Positions 37,846 through 53,800 of a stretch of 64,000 nucleotides of DNA are shown here, piece after piece. The notes under the pieces are model-generated. The model had not been told where the DNA came from. It made no database searches and was given only the letters and a program-made list of their open reading frames with translations. Position 1 is the stretch's first letter. Each line of letters opens with the position of its first letter. A program made the position numbers and the translations under genes. Origin of the DNA: Nemertoderma westbladi (taxonomy: Eukaryota; Animalia; Xenacoelomorpha); the NCBI GenBank assembly GCA_032718475.1, contig JAUCBJ010008278.1, forward strand, positions 1 to 64,000. Reading direction: 5' to 3'.

Positions 37846-40800
37846 CCCCTGTCTTGTATTTTAATTATATCAGAAATCGTTGCCTTCAGTACAAATATCT
37901 AAAAATTCATTCACCTGAAGTATGGGTAACATTATAAATTCGTTTTTCGCACAGTAGAGTTAACTAAGCAAATACCCTCCAGGTTGACTGAATGATTTTA
38001 TTAATGTTTGCCATGCATAATGTACTATATTTGGGTCCCATGACCCACCCCATTGAACAGCTTTGCTTACATCTGATAGAAAGTAATCCCAAATTAACTT
38101 CCCTCTACGAAAATTATTTTAATTAAATACATACAACATAGCAGTCAACTCTGCAATCAACAGTACACAATAACTAAAATGGCATTCAGCTTACCAGCTA
38201 TTCGCATTAAGCTAATAGATATTCGATTTCATTCGATTCAGTGAGTGTGTGAGGGCTATTGGGAGAGCAATCAGCTTATGATGTAATACATTAGAATCCC
38301 ACGGCTTTTGTTTGCTTACTGTCTGAGTTGTAGAGTGAGGATAATACTTGGCAGAGAAAGCATTTCCTTGTTAGGTGGCCATTCCTATAGAATAGCATTA
38401 CTAGGCCATCTCTATCCATTTTTCATGAGTGCCAGCTGGTGTTTTTATCATTGCGCCTATGGCGTTTTTTCGTTTATGTCTATTTTTCGAGCCCACGGCT
38501 CATGGACGAAATAGCGGAACATACCAGGGACCTTAGAATCGCGGTATCTAGCCGCTGTGAAAATTTCATCAAAATCGTTAGAGTAGTTTTGGCTGTAGAT
38601 CAGCCAGCCAGTCAGCCAGCCAGAGCAATTCTTACAGTAATGAACCTCTCGGTTCCTAACTAGAGACGGCGTCAAGACGCCGTTAAGCAAGTCGGAAGTC
38701 GTCAATCAAAGGTAAGTTCCCTCAACAATGTTTACCTTTGTTCAGAAGGGAAGTGTTATTTATCTATGGTCAGAGAGAGATCCCACTCTGTAATTTGGCA
38801 ATTGCTCAAATCCATTCAGCTGAATGACTCAGTAGAGTAAACTAAAGTAAATTCCCTCAGCCTCAACAATGTTTGCCTATGGTGTGAAGGGAATCTGACA
38901 GAGAATAATCTTAGCCACTAAATGTCATTCACCTAACAAAACATTTTGAATGCCACAGTGATTAACCCAATACAGATAATAAGCAGTTATTTTTATATTT
39001 CAAACTATAATGTTAGTGTAAGCCTTACAGAGTATCAGTATGAGGCTGAGTAAACATTCCGCCTTATAAGCATACAGCCTCCACAGTATTAATGTTGGCC
39101 AAAAGATTTAAAAATAAAATACAGTGCAATAGTACTCTGTAACCTACAGTCATTCAGCTTGCACTAAATATCAATCACCTATAAAACATTTAAACATTTT
39201 GAATGCCACAGTGTGTAACCTGATACAGATAATAAGCAGTGATTTTTATGTTTTAAACTATAACGTTAGTGTTAGCCTTACAGTGTATCAGTATGAAGCT
39301 GAGTAAACATTCGCCTTATAAGCATACAACCTCCAAAGTATTAATGTTGGACGAAAGATTTAAAAATAAAATACAGTGCAGTAGTACTCTGTAACTAACA
39401 GTCATTCAGCTTGCACTAAATGTCAATCACCTATAAAACATTTTGAATGCCACAGTGATTATTAACCCAATACAGATAATAAGAAGTGATTTTTATATTT
39501 CAAACTATAATGTTAGTCTTAGCCTTACAGAGTATCAGTATAAGGCTGAGTAAACATTCCACCTTATAAGCATACAGCCTCCACAGTATTAATGTTGGCA
39601 TAATGTAGCCGATACACTGTATACCTAATAGTCATTCAGCAGGGGGAAGAGTTATTCAGCTGAGGCGGTAATAGATTGCAAACTAAACCAACCAGTTGGC
39701 AGCCTCATCGATTTATACTAAGCCTGTGTAGAACCACAAACTAAATCAACCAGTTAATATTTGCTTTGACAGAGAGTGCAGGGCCTAAACAAACAGTATG
39801 GGTGTACTAAGTACAATAATCTTGGCAACCTCATCGATTTATACTAAGCCTTGTGTAGAAATGCATTACATAAGCCATTTTTCATCAGGACACCAGCTGT
39901 CATGGGTGTTATTTTACCATTGCGCCTATGGCGTTTTTTCGTTTATCTCTATTTTTCGAGCCCAGAGGCTATGGACGGAGTAGCCGATCATGCCAGGGAC
40001 CTTAGAATCGCGGTATCTAGATGCTGTGAAAATTTCATCAAAATCGTTAGAGTAGTTTTGGCTGTAGATTAGCCAGTCAGCCAGCCAGTCAGCTAACAAT
40101 TCTTACAGTAATGAACCTCTCGGTTCCTAACTAGAGACGGCGTCAAGACGCCGTTAAGCAAGTCGGAAGTCATCAATCAAATATAAATTCCCTCAACAAT
40201 GTTTACCTATGGTCAGAATGGAAGGGCTATTTACCTATGGTCAGAGAGAGATCCCACTCTGTAATTTGGCAATTGCTCAAATTCATTCAGTTGAATGGCA
40301 CAGTAGAGTGAACTAAACTAAATTCCCTCAACAATGTTTGGCTATGGTCTGAAAGAACTAACAGTCATTCAGCTTGCACAATGTCAATCACCTACAGTAT
40401 AAAACATTTAGAATGCCACAGTGTGTATCCTGATACAGATAATAAGCAGTGATATATATATTTCAAACTATAATGTTAGTGTTAGCCTTACACAGTATCA
40501 GTATGAGGCTGAGTAAACATTCCACCTTATAAGCATACTGCCTCCACAGAATTAATGTTGGCCGAAAGATTTAAAAATAAAACAATTATTATTATAAATA
40601 CAGTGCAATCCAATAGTACCCAACACACTGTGTAACTAACAGTCAATCAGCTTACACGTCAATTAACATAGAAGAGAGAGTAACCTTGTAGATCGCCATA
40701 GAAAGCATTGGGAAGAGTTATTCAGCTGAGGCTGTAATAGCCGGCTAACCCAGTGAATGATTATAAAGTTGGCACTGTATGTACTTCCTTGTTAGGTGGC

Positions 40801-41300
40801 TCCCTATAGAATAGCAAACCAACCAGTTGATGTTTGTTTGCACAGAGTGGTTGGTAGGGCCTAAACAAACAGTATGGGTGTACTGAGTACAATAATCTTG
40901 GCAACCTCATCGATTTATACTAAGCCTTGTGTAGAATTGCATTACATAAGCCATTTTCCATCAGAACACCAGCTGTCATGGGTGTTATTTTACCATTGCG
41001 CCTATGGCGTTTTTTTCGTTTATCTCTATTTTTCGAGCCCAGAGGCTATGGACGGAGTAGCCGATCATGCCAGGGACCTTAGAATCGCGGTATCTAGATG
41101 CTGTGAAAATTTCATCAAAATCGTTAGAGTAGTTTTGGCTGTAGATCAGCCAGCCAGCCAGCCAGCCAGTCAGCCAGCCAGCCAGCCAGTCAGTCAGTCA
41201 ACAATTCTTACAGTAATCAAGTCTAACGACTTGCTAACTAGTGACGGGCCTAGCGGCCCGATAAGGAACCGACTTTTTATTTCAAATAAAAGAGACAATG

Positions 41301-41842
41301 AGCTCGGCTCGGTCTGGCACGATTGGGCTCGATTCAGTTCGACTTGGCTTGATCGGCTCGGTTTGGCTCGATTGGGCTAGACTCGGCTTGATTGGGCTCG
41401 ACTTGACACATCTCGATTCGGCTCAATCGGCTTGATTGGGTTCGACTAGGCTCGGTCCAGCTCGACTTGGCTCGAATTGGCTCGACGCGGCTCGATTGGG
41501 CTCGAATCGGCTCGATTGGGATTGATTGGGCTTAACTCGGCTCGATTTGGCTCAACTTGGCTCAGTCTGTCTCGACTGGGCTCGGTCCGGCTCTATTGGG
41601 CTAGACTCGATTCAATTGGGCTTAACTTGGCTCAGTCTGGCTCGACTTGGCTTGATTGGGCTCAACTCGGCTCCGTCCGGCTTGACTCAGCTCGATTGGG
41701 CTCGACTAGGCTTGATTGGTCTCGACTCGACTCAGTCCGGCTCAATTTGGCATGACACGGCTCGATTGGGTTCGGCTCGGCTCGGTCTGAGTCGACTCAG
41801 CTCGATTCGGCTCGGTTTGGCTCGATTGGGCTCGACTCGGCT
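41301..41842. repeat. Degenerate (GGCTC)n tract
   Basis: Pentamer periodicity. Confidence 0.9.
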
Positions 41843-44800
41843 AGGGATCTTAGAATCGCGGTATCTAGTCGCAGTGAAAATTTCATCAAAATCGTTAGAG
41901 TAGTTTTGGTTGTAGATGAGCCAGCCAGTCAGCCGGTCAATCCATCTTACAGTAATCAAGTCTTACGACTTTTTTAAACATACAGTCTCCACAGTATTAA
42001 TGTTTGGCATTAATGTAGCCATTTCGAAACCACGCTGGTGCGATGCGCGATATCGTGTTTAGTTAATAAATTGAAAACTCCATCAATTCATGTGCAACCA
42101 GTAATAAGAAATCGCGATAAATGTAATTAAATAAAAATTATTCTAGAAAAATTTTCTTCAAAAAGTATGAAGTCTTGGCGTTGGTGACGCGAAACTAGGC
42201 TAGTGAGATTCAGGATATTGCGTTTAATATAAGAATCGAAAACGCTATCGAATTCCGTAACGGCGTTAATAAAATACTGCAACTTTTTTGAAATTTGTAA
42301 AATTCTAGAACTAGAAAAAATTTAATTTTGAACGGCGCTGTTTGGGGTTTCGAAACATGGATAGACTGAAAGAGGACATCGAATTAAGTTGAAAAATAAA
42401 AACCCCATCGAATTTGGACAAAGCGTTCCGGAGTTATAGCGGATCGAAAAAAATTGACCCCCCCCAGTCGCCAAAAATTTACAGTAATTTAAAATTTTGC
42501 AAAAAAAATTTTTTGCGTTATTTTTGATGGCGAATCGATTGGCAGTACTGGCTACGAAAATTTTTTTTTGAAATTTTTGGTCAGAAAAAAAAACATGGAA
42601 AAATTATATTTTTAAAAAGATTTGTCTTTGCCTATGGTCAGAGAATGATCCAACTCTGTAACTTGGCAATCGCTCAAATCCATTCAGCTGAATGGCACAG
42701 TAGAGTAAACTAAAGTAAATTCCCTATACAATGTTCTGAAGGGGAGACTGACAGAGAGTAATCCAACAATAAAACATTTTGCAATAATGTTGGCATTAAT
42801 GTAGCCAACACACTGTGTACTTAAAGTCATTCAGCTTACATTAGCAGAGTGAGATATTCTCATAGAATGCATTGGGAAGAGTAATTCAGCTGAGGCGATA
42901 ATAGATTTCTAACTAAACCAACCAGTTAATATTTGCTTTGACAGAGTGTCCTAGGGCCTAAACAACAGTATGGGTGTACTAAGTACAATAATCTTGGCAA
43001 CCTCATCGATTTATACTAAGCCTTGTGTAGAAATCCATTACATAAGCCATTTTTCATCACGACACCAGCTGTTATTGGTGTTATTTTACCATTGCGCCTA
43101 TGGCGTTTTTTCGTTTATGTCTATTTTTCGAGCCCACGGCTCATGGACGAAATAGCGGAACATACCAGGGACCTTCGAATCGCGGTACCGGTATCAAGCC
43201 ACTGTGAAAATTTCATCAAAATCGTTAGAGTAGTTTTGGCTGTAGATTAGCCAGTCAGCCAGTCAGCCAGTCAATCAGCCAACAATTCTTACAGTAATGA
43301 ACCTCTCGGTTCCTAATGACGGGCCTAGCGGCCCGATAAGGAACCGACTTTTTATTTTAAATAAAAGAGCCAACGAGAATTAGTATAGAACTAATAATTA
43401 TGTAAAAATACAATCATATTTCATACAATAATTATTAATAAATTCGATCTATTATTAGTTACTCAATTCTGGAACAACATCGACCTGCAACTAGTGAAGA
43501 CCTCGTTTTGGAATTTTGAAACCACACTGGTGCGATGCGCGATATCGTGTTTAGTTAATAAATTGAAAACTCCATCAATTCATGTGCAACCAGTAATAAG
43601 AAATCGCTATAAATGTAATTAAATAAAAATTATTCACGAAAAATTTTCCTCAAAAAGTATGAAGTCTTGGCATTGGTGACGCGAAACTAGGCTAGTGAGA
43701 TTCAGGATATTGCGTTTAATATAAAAATCGAAAACGCTATCGAATTCCGTTAAGGCGTTAATAAAATACTGCAACTTTTTTGAAATTTGTAAAATTCTAG
43801 AACTAGAAAAAATTCATTTTTGAACGGCGCTGTTTGGGGTTTCGAAACATGGATAGGCTGAAAGAGGACATCGAATTAATTTGAAAAATAAAAACCCCAT
43901 CGAATTTGGAAATAGCGTTCCGGAGTTATAGCGGATCGAAAAAAATTGACCCCCCCCCAGTCGCCAAAAATTTACAGTAATTTAAAATTTTGCAAAAAAA
44001 AATTTTTGCGTTATTTTTGATGGCGAATCGATTGGCAGTACTGGCTACGAAAAATTTTTTTTGAAGTTTTTGGTCAGAAAAAAAAACATGGAAAAAGTAT
44101 CCTTTTAAAAAGATTTTATGTCTTTGCCTATGGTCAGAGAATGATCCAACTCTGTAACTTGGCAATCGCTCAAATCCATTCAGCTGAATGGCACAGTAGA
44201 GTAAACTAAAGTAAATTCCCTATACAATGTTCTGAAGGGGAGACTGGCAGAGAGTAATCCAACAATAAAACATTTTGCAATAATGTTGGCATTAATGTAG
44301 CCAACACACTGTGTACATAAGTCATTCAGCTTACATTAGCAGAGGGAGTAACTTGTAGGTATTCCCATAGATTGGATTGGGAAGAGTAATTCAGCTGAGG
44401 CGATAATAGATTTCAAACGAAATCGACCAGTTAATATTTGCTTTGACAGAGTGTCCTAGGGCCTAAACAAACAGTATGGGTGTACTAAGTACAATAATCT
44501 TGGCAACCTCATCGATTTATACTAAGCCTTGTGTAGAAATCCATTACATAAGCCATTTTTCATCACGACACCAGCTGTTATTGGTGTTATTTTACCATTG
44601 CGCCTATGGCGTTTTTTCGTTTATGTCTATTTTTCGAGCCCACGGCTCATGGACGAAATAGCGGAACATACCAGGGACCTTAGAATCGCGGTATCTAGCC
44701 GCTGTGAAAATTTCATCAAAATCGTTAGAGTAGTTTTGGCTGTAGATTAGCCAGTCAGCCAGTCAATCAATCAATCAATCAGCCAACAATTCTTACAGTA

Positions 44801-47800
44801 ATGAACCTCTCGGTTCCTAACTAGAGACGGCGTCAAGACGCCGTTAAGCAAGTCGGAAGTCGTCAATCAAAGGTAAGTTCCCTCAACAATGTTTACCTTT
44901 GTTCAGAAGGGAAGTGTTATTTATCTATGGTCAGAGAGAGATCCCACTCTGTAATTTGGCAATTGCTCAAATCCATTCAGCTGAATGACTCAGTAGAGTA
45001 AACTAAAGTAAATTCCCTCAGCCTCAACAATGTTTGCCTATGGTGTGAAGGGAATCTGACAGAGAATAATCTTAGCCACTAAATGTCATTCACCTAACAA
45101 AACATTTTGAATGCCACAGTGATTAACCCAATACAGATAATAAGCAGTTATTTTTATATTTCAAACTATAATGTTAGTGTAAGCCTTACAGAGTATCAGT
45201 ATGAGGCTGAGTAAACATTCCGCCTTATAAGCATACAGCCTCCACAGTATTAATGTTGGCCAAAAGATTTAAAAATAAAATACAGTGCAATAGTACTCTG
45301 TAACCTACAGTCATTCAGCTTGCACTAAATATCAATCACCTATAAAACATTTAAACATTTTGAATGCCACAGTGTGTAACCTGATACAGATAATAAGCAG
45401 TGATTTTTATGTTTTAAACTATAACGTTAGTGTTAGCCTTACAGTGTATCACTATGAAGCTGAGTAAACATTCGCCTTATAAGCATACAACCTCCAAAGT
45501 ATTAATGTTGGACGAAAGATTTAAAAATAAAATACAGTGCAGTAGTACTCTGTAACTAACAGTCATTCAGCTTGCACTAAATGTCAATCAACTATAAAAC
45601 ATTTTGAATGCCACAGTGATTATTAACCCAATACAGATAATAAGAAGTGATTTTTATATTTCAAACTATAATGTTAGTCTTAGCCTTACAGAGTATCAGT
45701 ATAAGGCTGAGTAAACATTCCACCTTATAAGCATACAGCCTCCACAGTATTAATGTTGGCATAATGTAGCCGATACACTGTATACCTAATAGTCATTCAG
45801 CAGGGGGAAGAGTTATTCAGCTGAGGCGGTAATAGATTGCAAACTAAACCAAACAGTTGACAGCCTCATCGATTTATACTAAGCCTGTGTAGAACCACAA
45901 ACTAAATCAACCAGTTAATATTTGCTTTGACAGAGAGTGCAGGGCCTAAACAAACAGTATGGGTGTACTAAGTACAATAATCTTGGCAACCTCATCGATT
46001 TATACTAAGCCTTGTGTAGAAATGCATTACATAAGCCATTTTTCATCAGGACACCAGCTGTCATTGATGTTATTTTACCATTGCGCCTATGGCGTTTTTT
46101 CGTTTATCTCTATTTTTCGAGCCCAGAGGCTATGGACGGAGTAGCCGATCATACCAGGGACCTTAGAATCGTGGTATCTAGTCGCTGTGAAAATTTCATC
46201 AAATTCGTTAGAGCAGTTTTGGCTGTAGATCAGTCAGTCAGTCAGCCAGCCAGTCAGCCAGCCAGTCAGCCAGCCAGTCAGCCAGTCAGTCAACAATTCT
46301 TACAGTAATCAAGTCTAACGACTTGCTAACTAGTGACGGGCCTAGCGGCCTGATAAGGAACCGACTTTTTATTTTAAATAAAAGAGACAACGAGAATTAG
46401 TATAGAACTAATAATTATCTAAAAATACAATCATATTTCATACAATAATTATTAATAAATTCGATCTATTATTAGTTGCTCAATTCTAGAACAAAATCGA
46501 CCTGCAACCAGTGAAGACCTCGTTTTGGAATTTCGAAACCACGCTGGTGCGATGCGCGATATCGTGTTTAGTTAATAAATTAAAAACTCCATCAATTCAT
46601 GTGCAATCAGTAATAAGAAATCGCTATAAATGTAATTAAATAAAAATTATTCTAGAAAAATTTTCCTCAAAAAGTATGAAATCTTGGCACTGGTGACGCG
46701 AAACTAGGCTAGTGAGATTCAGGATATTGCATTTAATATAAAAATCGAAAACGCTATCGAATTCCGTAAAGGCGTTAATAAAATACTGCAACTTTTTTGA
46801 AATTTGTAAAATTCTAGAACTAGAAAAAAATAATTTTTGAACGGCGCTGTTTGGGGTTTCGAAACATGGATAGGCTGAAAGAGGACATCGAATTAAGTTG
46901 AAAAATGAAAACCCCATCGAATTTGGACGAAGCGTTCCGGAGTTATAGCGGATCGAAAAAAATTGACCCCCCCCCAGTCGCCAAAAATTTACAGTAATTT
47001 AAAATTTTGCAAAAAAAATTTTTTGCGTTATTTTTGATGGCGAATCGATTGGCAGTACTGGCTACGAAAATTTTTTTTTGAAATTTTTGGTCAGAAAAAA
47101 AAACATGGAAAAAGTATATTTTTAAAAAGATTTGATGTCTTTGCCTATGGTCAGAGAATGATCCAACTCTGTAACTTGGCAATCGCTCAAATCCATTCAG
47201 CTGAATGGCACATTAGAGTAAACTAAAGTAAATTCCCTATACAATGTTCTGAAGGGGAGACTGACAGAGAGTTCAACAATAAAACATTTTGCAATAATGT
47301 TGACATTAATGTAGCCAACTCACTGTGTACTTAAGTCATTCAGCTTACATTAGCAGAGGGAGATATTCCCATAGAGTGCGCATTGGGAAGAGTAATTCAG
47401 CTGAGGCAATAATAGATTTCAAACTAAACCAACCAGTTAATATTTGCTTTGACAGAGTGTCCTAGGGCCTAAACAAACAGTATTGGTGTACTAAGTGAAT
47501 AATCTTGGCAACCTCATCGATTTATACTAAGCCTTGTGTAGAAATCCATTACGTAAGCCATTTTTCATCACGACACCAGCTGTTATTGGTGATATTTTAC
47601 CATTGCGCCTATGGCGTTTTTTCGTTTATGTCTATTTTTCGAGCCCACGGCTCATGGACGAAATAGCGGAACATACCAGAGACCTTAGAATCGCGGTATC
47701 CAGCCGCTGTGAAAATTTCATCAAAATCGTTAGAGTAGTTTTGGCTATAGATTAGCCAGCCAGTCAGCCAGCCAGTCAGCCAGTCAGCTAACAATTCTTA

Positions 47801-50800
47801 CAGTAATGAACCTCTCGGTTCCTAACTAGTGACGGGCCTAGCGGCCCGATAAGGAACCGACTTTTTATTTTAAATAAAAGAGACAACGAGAATTAGTATA
47901 GAACTAATAATTATGTAAAAATACAATCATATTTCATACAATAATTATTAATAAATTCGATCTATTATTAGTTGCTCAATTCTAGAACAAAATCGACCTG
48001 CAACTAGTGAAGACCTCGTTTTGGAATTTCGAAACCACGCTGGTGCGATGCGCGATATCGTGTTTAGTTAATAAATTGAAAACTCCATCAATTCATGTGC
48101 AACCAGTAATATGAAATCGCGATAAATGTAATTAAATAAAAATTATTCTAGAAAAATTTTCCTCAAAAAGTATGAAGTCTTGGCATTGGTGACGCGAAAC
48201 TAGGCAAGTGAAATTCAGGATATTGCGTTCATTATAAAAATCGAAAACGCTATCGAATTCCGTAAAGGCGTTAATAAAATACTGCAACTTTTTTGAAATT
48301 TGTAAAATTCTAGAACTAGAAAAAATTAATTTTTGAACGGCGCTGTTTAGGGTTTCGAAACATGGATAGGCTGAAAGAGGACATCGAATTAAGTTGAAAA
48401 ATGAAAACCCCATCGAATTTGGACAAAGCGTTCCGGAGTTACAGCGGATCGAAAAAAATTGACCCCCCCCCCCAGTCGCCAAAAATTTACAGTAATTTAT
48501 AATTTTGCAAAAAAATTTTTTTGCGTTATTTTTGATGGCGAATCGATTGGCAGTACTGGCTAAGAAAAATTTTTTTTTGAAATTTTTGGTCAGAAAAAAA
48601 AAATGGAAAAATGTATATTTTTAAAAAGATTTGATGTCTTTGCCTATGGTCAGAGAATGATCCAACTCTGTAACTTGGCAATCGCTCAAATCCATTCAGC
48701 TGAATGGCACAGTAGAGTAAACTAAAGTAAATTCCCTATACAATGTTCTGAAGGGGAGACTGACAGAGAGTAATCCAACAATAAAACATTTTGCAATAAT
48801 GTTGGCATTAATGTAGCCAACTCACTGTGTACGTAACAGTCATTCAGCTTACATTAGCAGAGTGAGATATTCGCATATAATGCATTGGGAAGAGTAATTC
48901 AGCTGAGGCGATAAACTAAACCAACCCGTTAATGTTTGCTTTGACAGAGAGTGGTGGCCTATACAAACAGTGGGTGTACTGAGTATAATAATCTTGGCAA
49001 CCTCATCGATTTATTACTAAGCCTTCTGTAGAAATCCATTACATAAGCCATTTTTCATCAGGACACCAGCTGCTGTCATTGGTGTTATTTTACCATTGCG
49101 CCTATGGCGTTTTTTCGTTTATCTCTATTTTTCGAGCCCAAGGCTCATGGACGAAATAGCGGAACATACCAGGTACCTTAGAATCGCGGTATCCAGCCGC
49201 TGTGAAAATTTCATCAAAATCGTTAGAGTAGTTTTGGCTATAGATTAGCCAGCCAGTCAGTCAACAATTCTTACAGTAATGAACCTCTCGGTTCCTAACT
49301 AGAGACGGCGTCAAGACGCCGTTAAGCAAGTCGGAAGTCATCAATCAAATATAAATTCCCTCAACAATGTTTACCTATGGTCAGAATGGAAGGGCTATTT
49401 ACCTATGGTCAGAGAGAGATCCCACTCTGTAATTTGGCAATTGCTCAAATTCATTCAGTTGAATGGCACAGTAGAGTGAACTAAACTAAATTCCCTCAAC
49501 AATGTTTGGCTATGGTCTGAAAGAACTAACAGTCATTCAGCTTGCACAATGTCAATCACCTACAGTATAAAACATTTAGAATGCCACAGTGTGTATCCTG
49601 ATACAGATAATAAGCAGTGATATATATATTTCAAACTATAATGTTAGTGTTAGCCTTACACAGTATCAGTATGAGGCTGAGTAAACATTCCACCTTATAA
49701 GCATACTGCCTCCACAGAATTAATGTTGGCCGAAAGATTTAAAAATAAAACAATTATTATTATAAATACAGTGCAATCCAATAGTACCCAACACACTGTG
49801 TAACTAACAGTCAATCAGCTTACACGTCAATTAACATAGAAGAGAGAGTAACCTTGTAGATCGCCATAGAAAGCATTGGGAAGAGTTATTCAGCTGAGGC
49901 TGTAATAGCCGGCTAACCCAGTGAATGATTATAAAGTTGGCACTGTATGTACTTCCTTGTTAGGTGGCTCCCTATAGAATAGCAAACCAACCAGTTGATG
50001 TTTGTTTGCACAGAGTGGTTGGTAGGGCCTAAACAAACAGTATGGGTGTACTGAGTATAATACTCTTGGCAACCTCATCTATTTAATACTAAGCCTTGTG
50101 TAGAATTGCATTACATAAGTCATTTTTCATCAGGACACCAGCTGTCACGGGTGTTATTTTACCATTGCGCCTATGGCGTTTTTTTCGTTTATCTCTATTT
50201 TTCGAGCCCAGAGGCTATGGACGGAGTAGCCGATCATGCCAGGGACCTTAGAATCGCGGTATCTAGATGCTGTGAAAATTTCATCAAAATCGTTAGAGTA
50301 GTTTTGGCTGTAGATCAGCCAGCCAGCCAGCCAGCCAGTCAGCCAGCCAGCCAGCCAGTCAGTCAGTCAACAATTCTTACAGTAATCAAGTCTAACGACT
50401 TGCTAACTAGTGACGGGCCTAGTGGCCCGATAAGGAACCGACTTTTTATTTTAAATAAAAGAGACAACGAGAATTAGTATAGAACTAATAATTATGTAAA
50501 AATACAATCATATTTCATACAATAATTATTAATAAATTCGATCTATTATTAGTTGCTCAATTCTAGAACAACTCGTTTTGGAATTTCGAAACCAAGCTGG
50601 TGCGATGCGCGATATCGTGTTTAGTTAATAAATTGAAAACTCCATCAATTCATGTGCAAGCAGTAATAAGAAATCGCTATAAATGTAATTAAGTAAAAAT
50701 TATTCTAGAAAAATTTTCCTCAAAAAGTATGAAGTCTTGGCATTGGTGACGCGAAACTAGGCTAGTGAGATTCAGGATATTGCGTTTAATATAAAAATCG

Positions 50801-53800
50801 AAAACGCTATCGAATTCCGTAAAGGCGTTAATAAAATACTGCAACTTTTTTAAAATTTGTAAAATTCTAGAACTAGAAAAAATCAATTTTTGAACGGCGC
50901 TGTTTGGGGTTTCGAAACATGGTTAGGCTGAAAGAGGACGTCGAATTAAGTTGAAAAATGAAAACCCCATCGAATTTGGACAAAGCGTTCCGGAGTTATA
51001 GCGGATCGAAAAAAATTGACCCCCCCCAGTCGCCAAAAATTTACAGCAATTTAAAATTTTGCAAAAAAATTTTTTTGCGTTATTTTTGATGGCGAATCGA
51101 TTGGCAGTACTGGCTACGAAAAAATTTTTTTTGAAATTTTTGGTCAAAAAAAAAACATGGAAAAAGTATATTTTTAAAAAGATTTCATGTCTTTGCCTAT
51201 GGTCAGAGAATGATCCAACTCTGTAACTTGGCAATCGCTCAAATCCATTCAGCTGAATGGCACAGTAGAGTAAACTAAATTAAATTCCCTATACAATGTT
51301 CTGAAGGGGAGACTGACAGAGAGTAATCCAACAATAAAACGGCATTAATGTAGCCAACACACTGTGTACTTAAGTCATTCAGCTTACATTAGCAGAGGGA
51401 GATATTCCCATAGAATGCGCATTGGGAAGAGTAATTCAGCTGAGGCAATAATAGATTTCAAACTAAACCAACCAGTTAATATTTGCTTTGACAGAGTGTC
51501 ATAGGGCCTAAACAAACAGTATGGGTGTACTAAGTATAATAATCTTGGCAACCTCATCGATTTATACTAAGCCTTGTGTAGAAATCCATTACATAAGCCA
51601 TTTTTCATCACGACACCAGCTGTTATTGGTGATATTTTACCATTGCACCAATGGCGTTTTTTCGTTTATGTCTATTTTTCGAGCCCATGGCTCATGGACG
51701 AAATAGCGGAACATACCAGGGACCTTCGAATCGCGGTATCTAGATGCTGTGAAAATTTCATCAAAATCGTTAGAGCAGTTTTGGCTGTAGATCAGTCAGC
51801 CAGCCAGTCAGCCAGTCAGCTAACAATTCTTACAGTAATGAACCTCTCGGTTCCTAACTAGAGACGGCGTCAAGACGCCGTTAAGCAAGTCGGAAGTCAT
51901 CAATCAAATATAAATTCCCTCAACAATGTTTACCTATGGTCAGAATGGAAGGGCTATTTACCTATGGTCAGAGAGAGATCCCACTCTGTAATTTGGCAAT
52001 TGCTCAAATTCATTCAGTTGAATGGCACAGTAGAGTGAACTAAACTAAATTCCCTCAACAATGTTTGGCTATGGTCTGAAAGAACTAACAGTCATTCAGC
52101 TTGCACAATGTCAATCACCTACAGTATAAAACATTTAGAATGCCACAGTGTGTATCCTGATACAGATAATAAGCAGTGATATATATATTTCAAACTATAA
52201 TGTTAGTGTTAGCCTTACACAGTATCAGTATGAGGCTGAGTAAACATTCCACCTTATAAGCATACTGCCTCCACAGAATTAATGTTGGCCGAAAGATTTA
52301 AAAATAAAACAATTATTATTATAAATACAGTGCAATCCAATAGTACCCAACACACTGTGTAACTAACAGTCAATCAGCTTACACGTCAATTAACATAGAA
52401 GAGAGAGTAACCTTGTAGATCGCCATAGAAAGCATTGGGAAGAGTTATTCAGCTGAGGCTGTAATAGCCGGCTAACCCAGTGAATGATTATAAAGTTGGC
52501 ACTGTATGTACTTCCTTGTTAGGTGGCTCCCTATAGAATAGCAAACCAACCAGTTGATGTTTGTTTGCACAGAGTGGTTGGTAGGGCCTAAACAAACAGT
52601 ATGGGTGTACTGAGTACAATAATCTTGGCAACCTCATCGATTTATACTAAGCCTTGTGTAGAATTGCATTACATAAGCCATTTTCCATCAGAACACCAGC
52701 TGTCATGGGTGTTATTTTACCATTGCGCCTATGGCGTTTTTTTCGTTTATCTCTATTTTTCGAGCCCAGAGGCTATGGACGGAGTAGCCGATCATGCCAG
52801 GGACCTTAGAATCGCGGTATCTAGATGCTGTGAAAATTTCATCAAAATCGTTAGAGTAGTTTTGGCTGTAGATCAGCCAGCCAGCCAGCCAGCCAGTCAG
52901 CCAGCCAGCCAGCCAGTCAGTCAGTCAACAATTCTTACAGTAATCAAGTCTAACGACTTGCTAACTAGAGACGGCGTCAAGACGCCGTTAAGCAAGTCGG
53001 AAGTCATCAATCAAATATAAATTCCCTCAACAATGTTTACCTATGGTCAGAATGGAAGGGCTATTTACCTATGGTCAGAGAGAGATCCCACTCTGTAATT
53101 TGGCAATTGCTCAAATTCATTCAGTTGAATGGCACAGTAGAGTGAACTAAACTAAATTCCCTCAACAATGTTTGGCTATGGTCTGAAAGAACTAACAGTC
53201 ATTCAGCTTGCACAATGTCAATCACCTACAGTATAAAACATTTAGAATGCCACAGTGTGTATCCTGATACAGATAATAAGCAGTGATATATATATTTCAA
53301 ACTATAATGTTAGTGTTAGCCTTACACAGTATCAGTATGAGGCTGAGTAAACATTCCACCTTATAAGCATACTGCCTCCACAGAATTAATGTTGGCCGAA
53401 AGATTTAAAAATAAAACAATTATTATTATAAATACAGTGCAATCCAATAGTACCCAACACACTGTGTAACTAACAGTCAATCAGCTTACACGTCAATTAA
53501 CATAGAAGAGAGAGTAACCTTGTAGATCGCCATAGAAAGCATTGGGAAGAGTTATTCAGCTGAGGCTGTAATAGCCGGCTAACCCAGTGAATGATTATAA
53601 AGTTGGCACTGTATGTACTTCCTTGTTAGGTGGCTCCCTATAGAATAGCAAACCAACCAGTTGATGTTTGTTTGCACAGAGTGGTTGGTAGGGCCTAAAC
53701 AAACAGTATGGGTGTACTGAGTACAATAATCTTGGCAACCTCATCGATTTATACTAAGCCTTGTGTAGAATTGCATTACATAAGCCATTTTCCATCAGAA

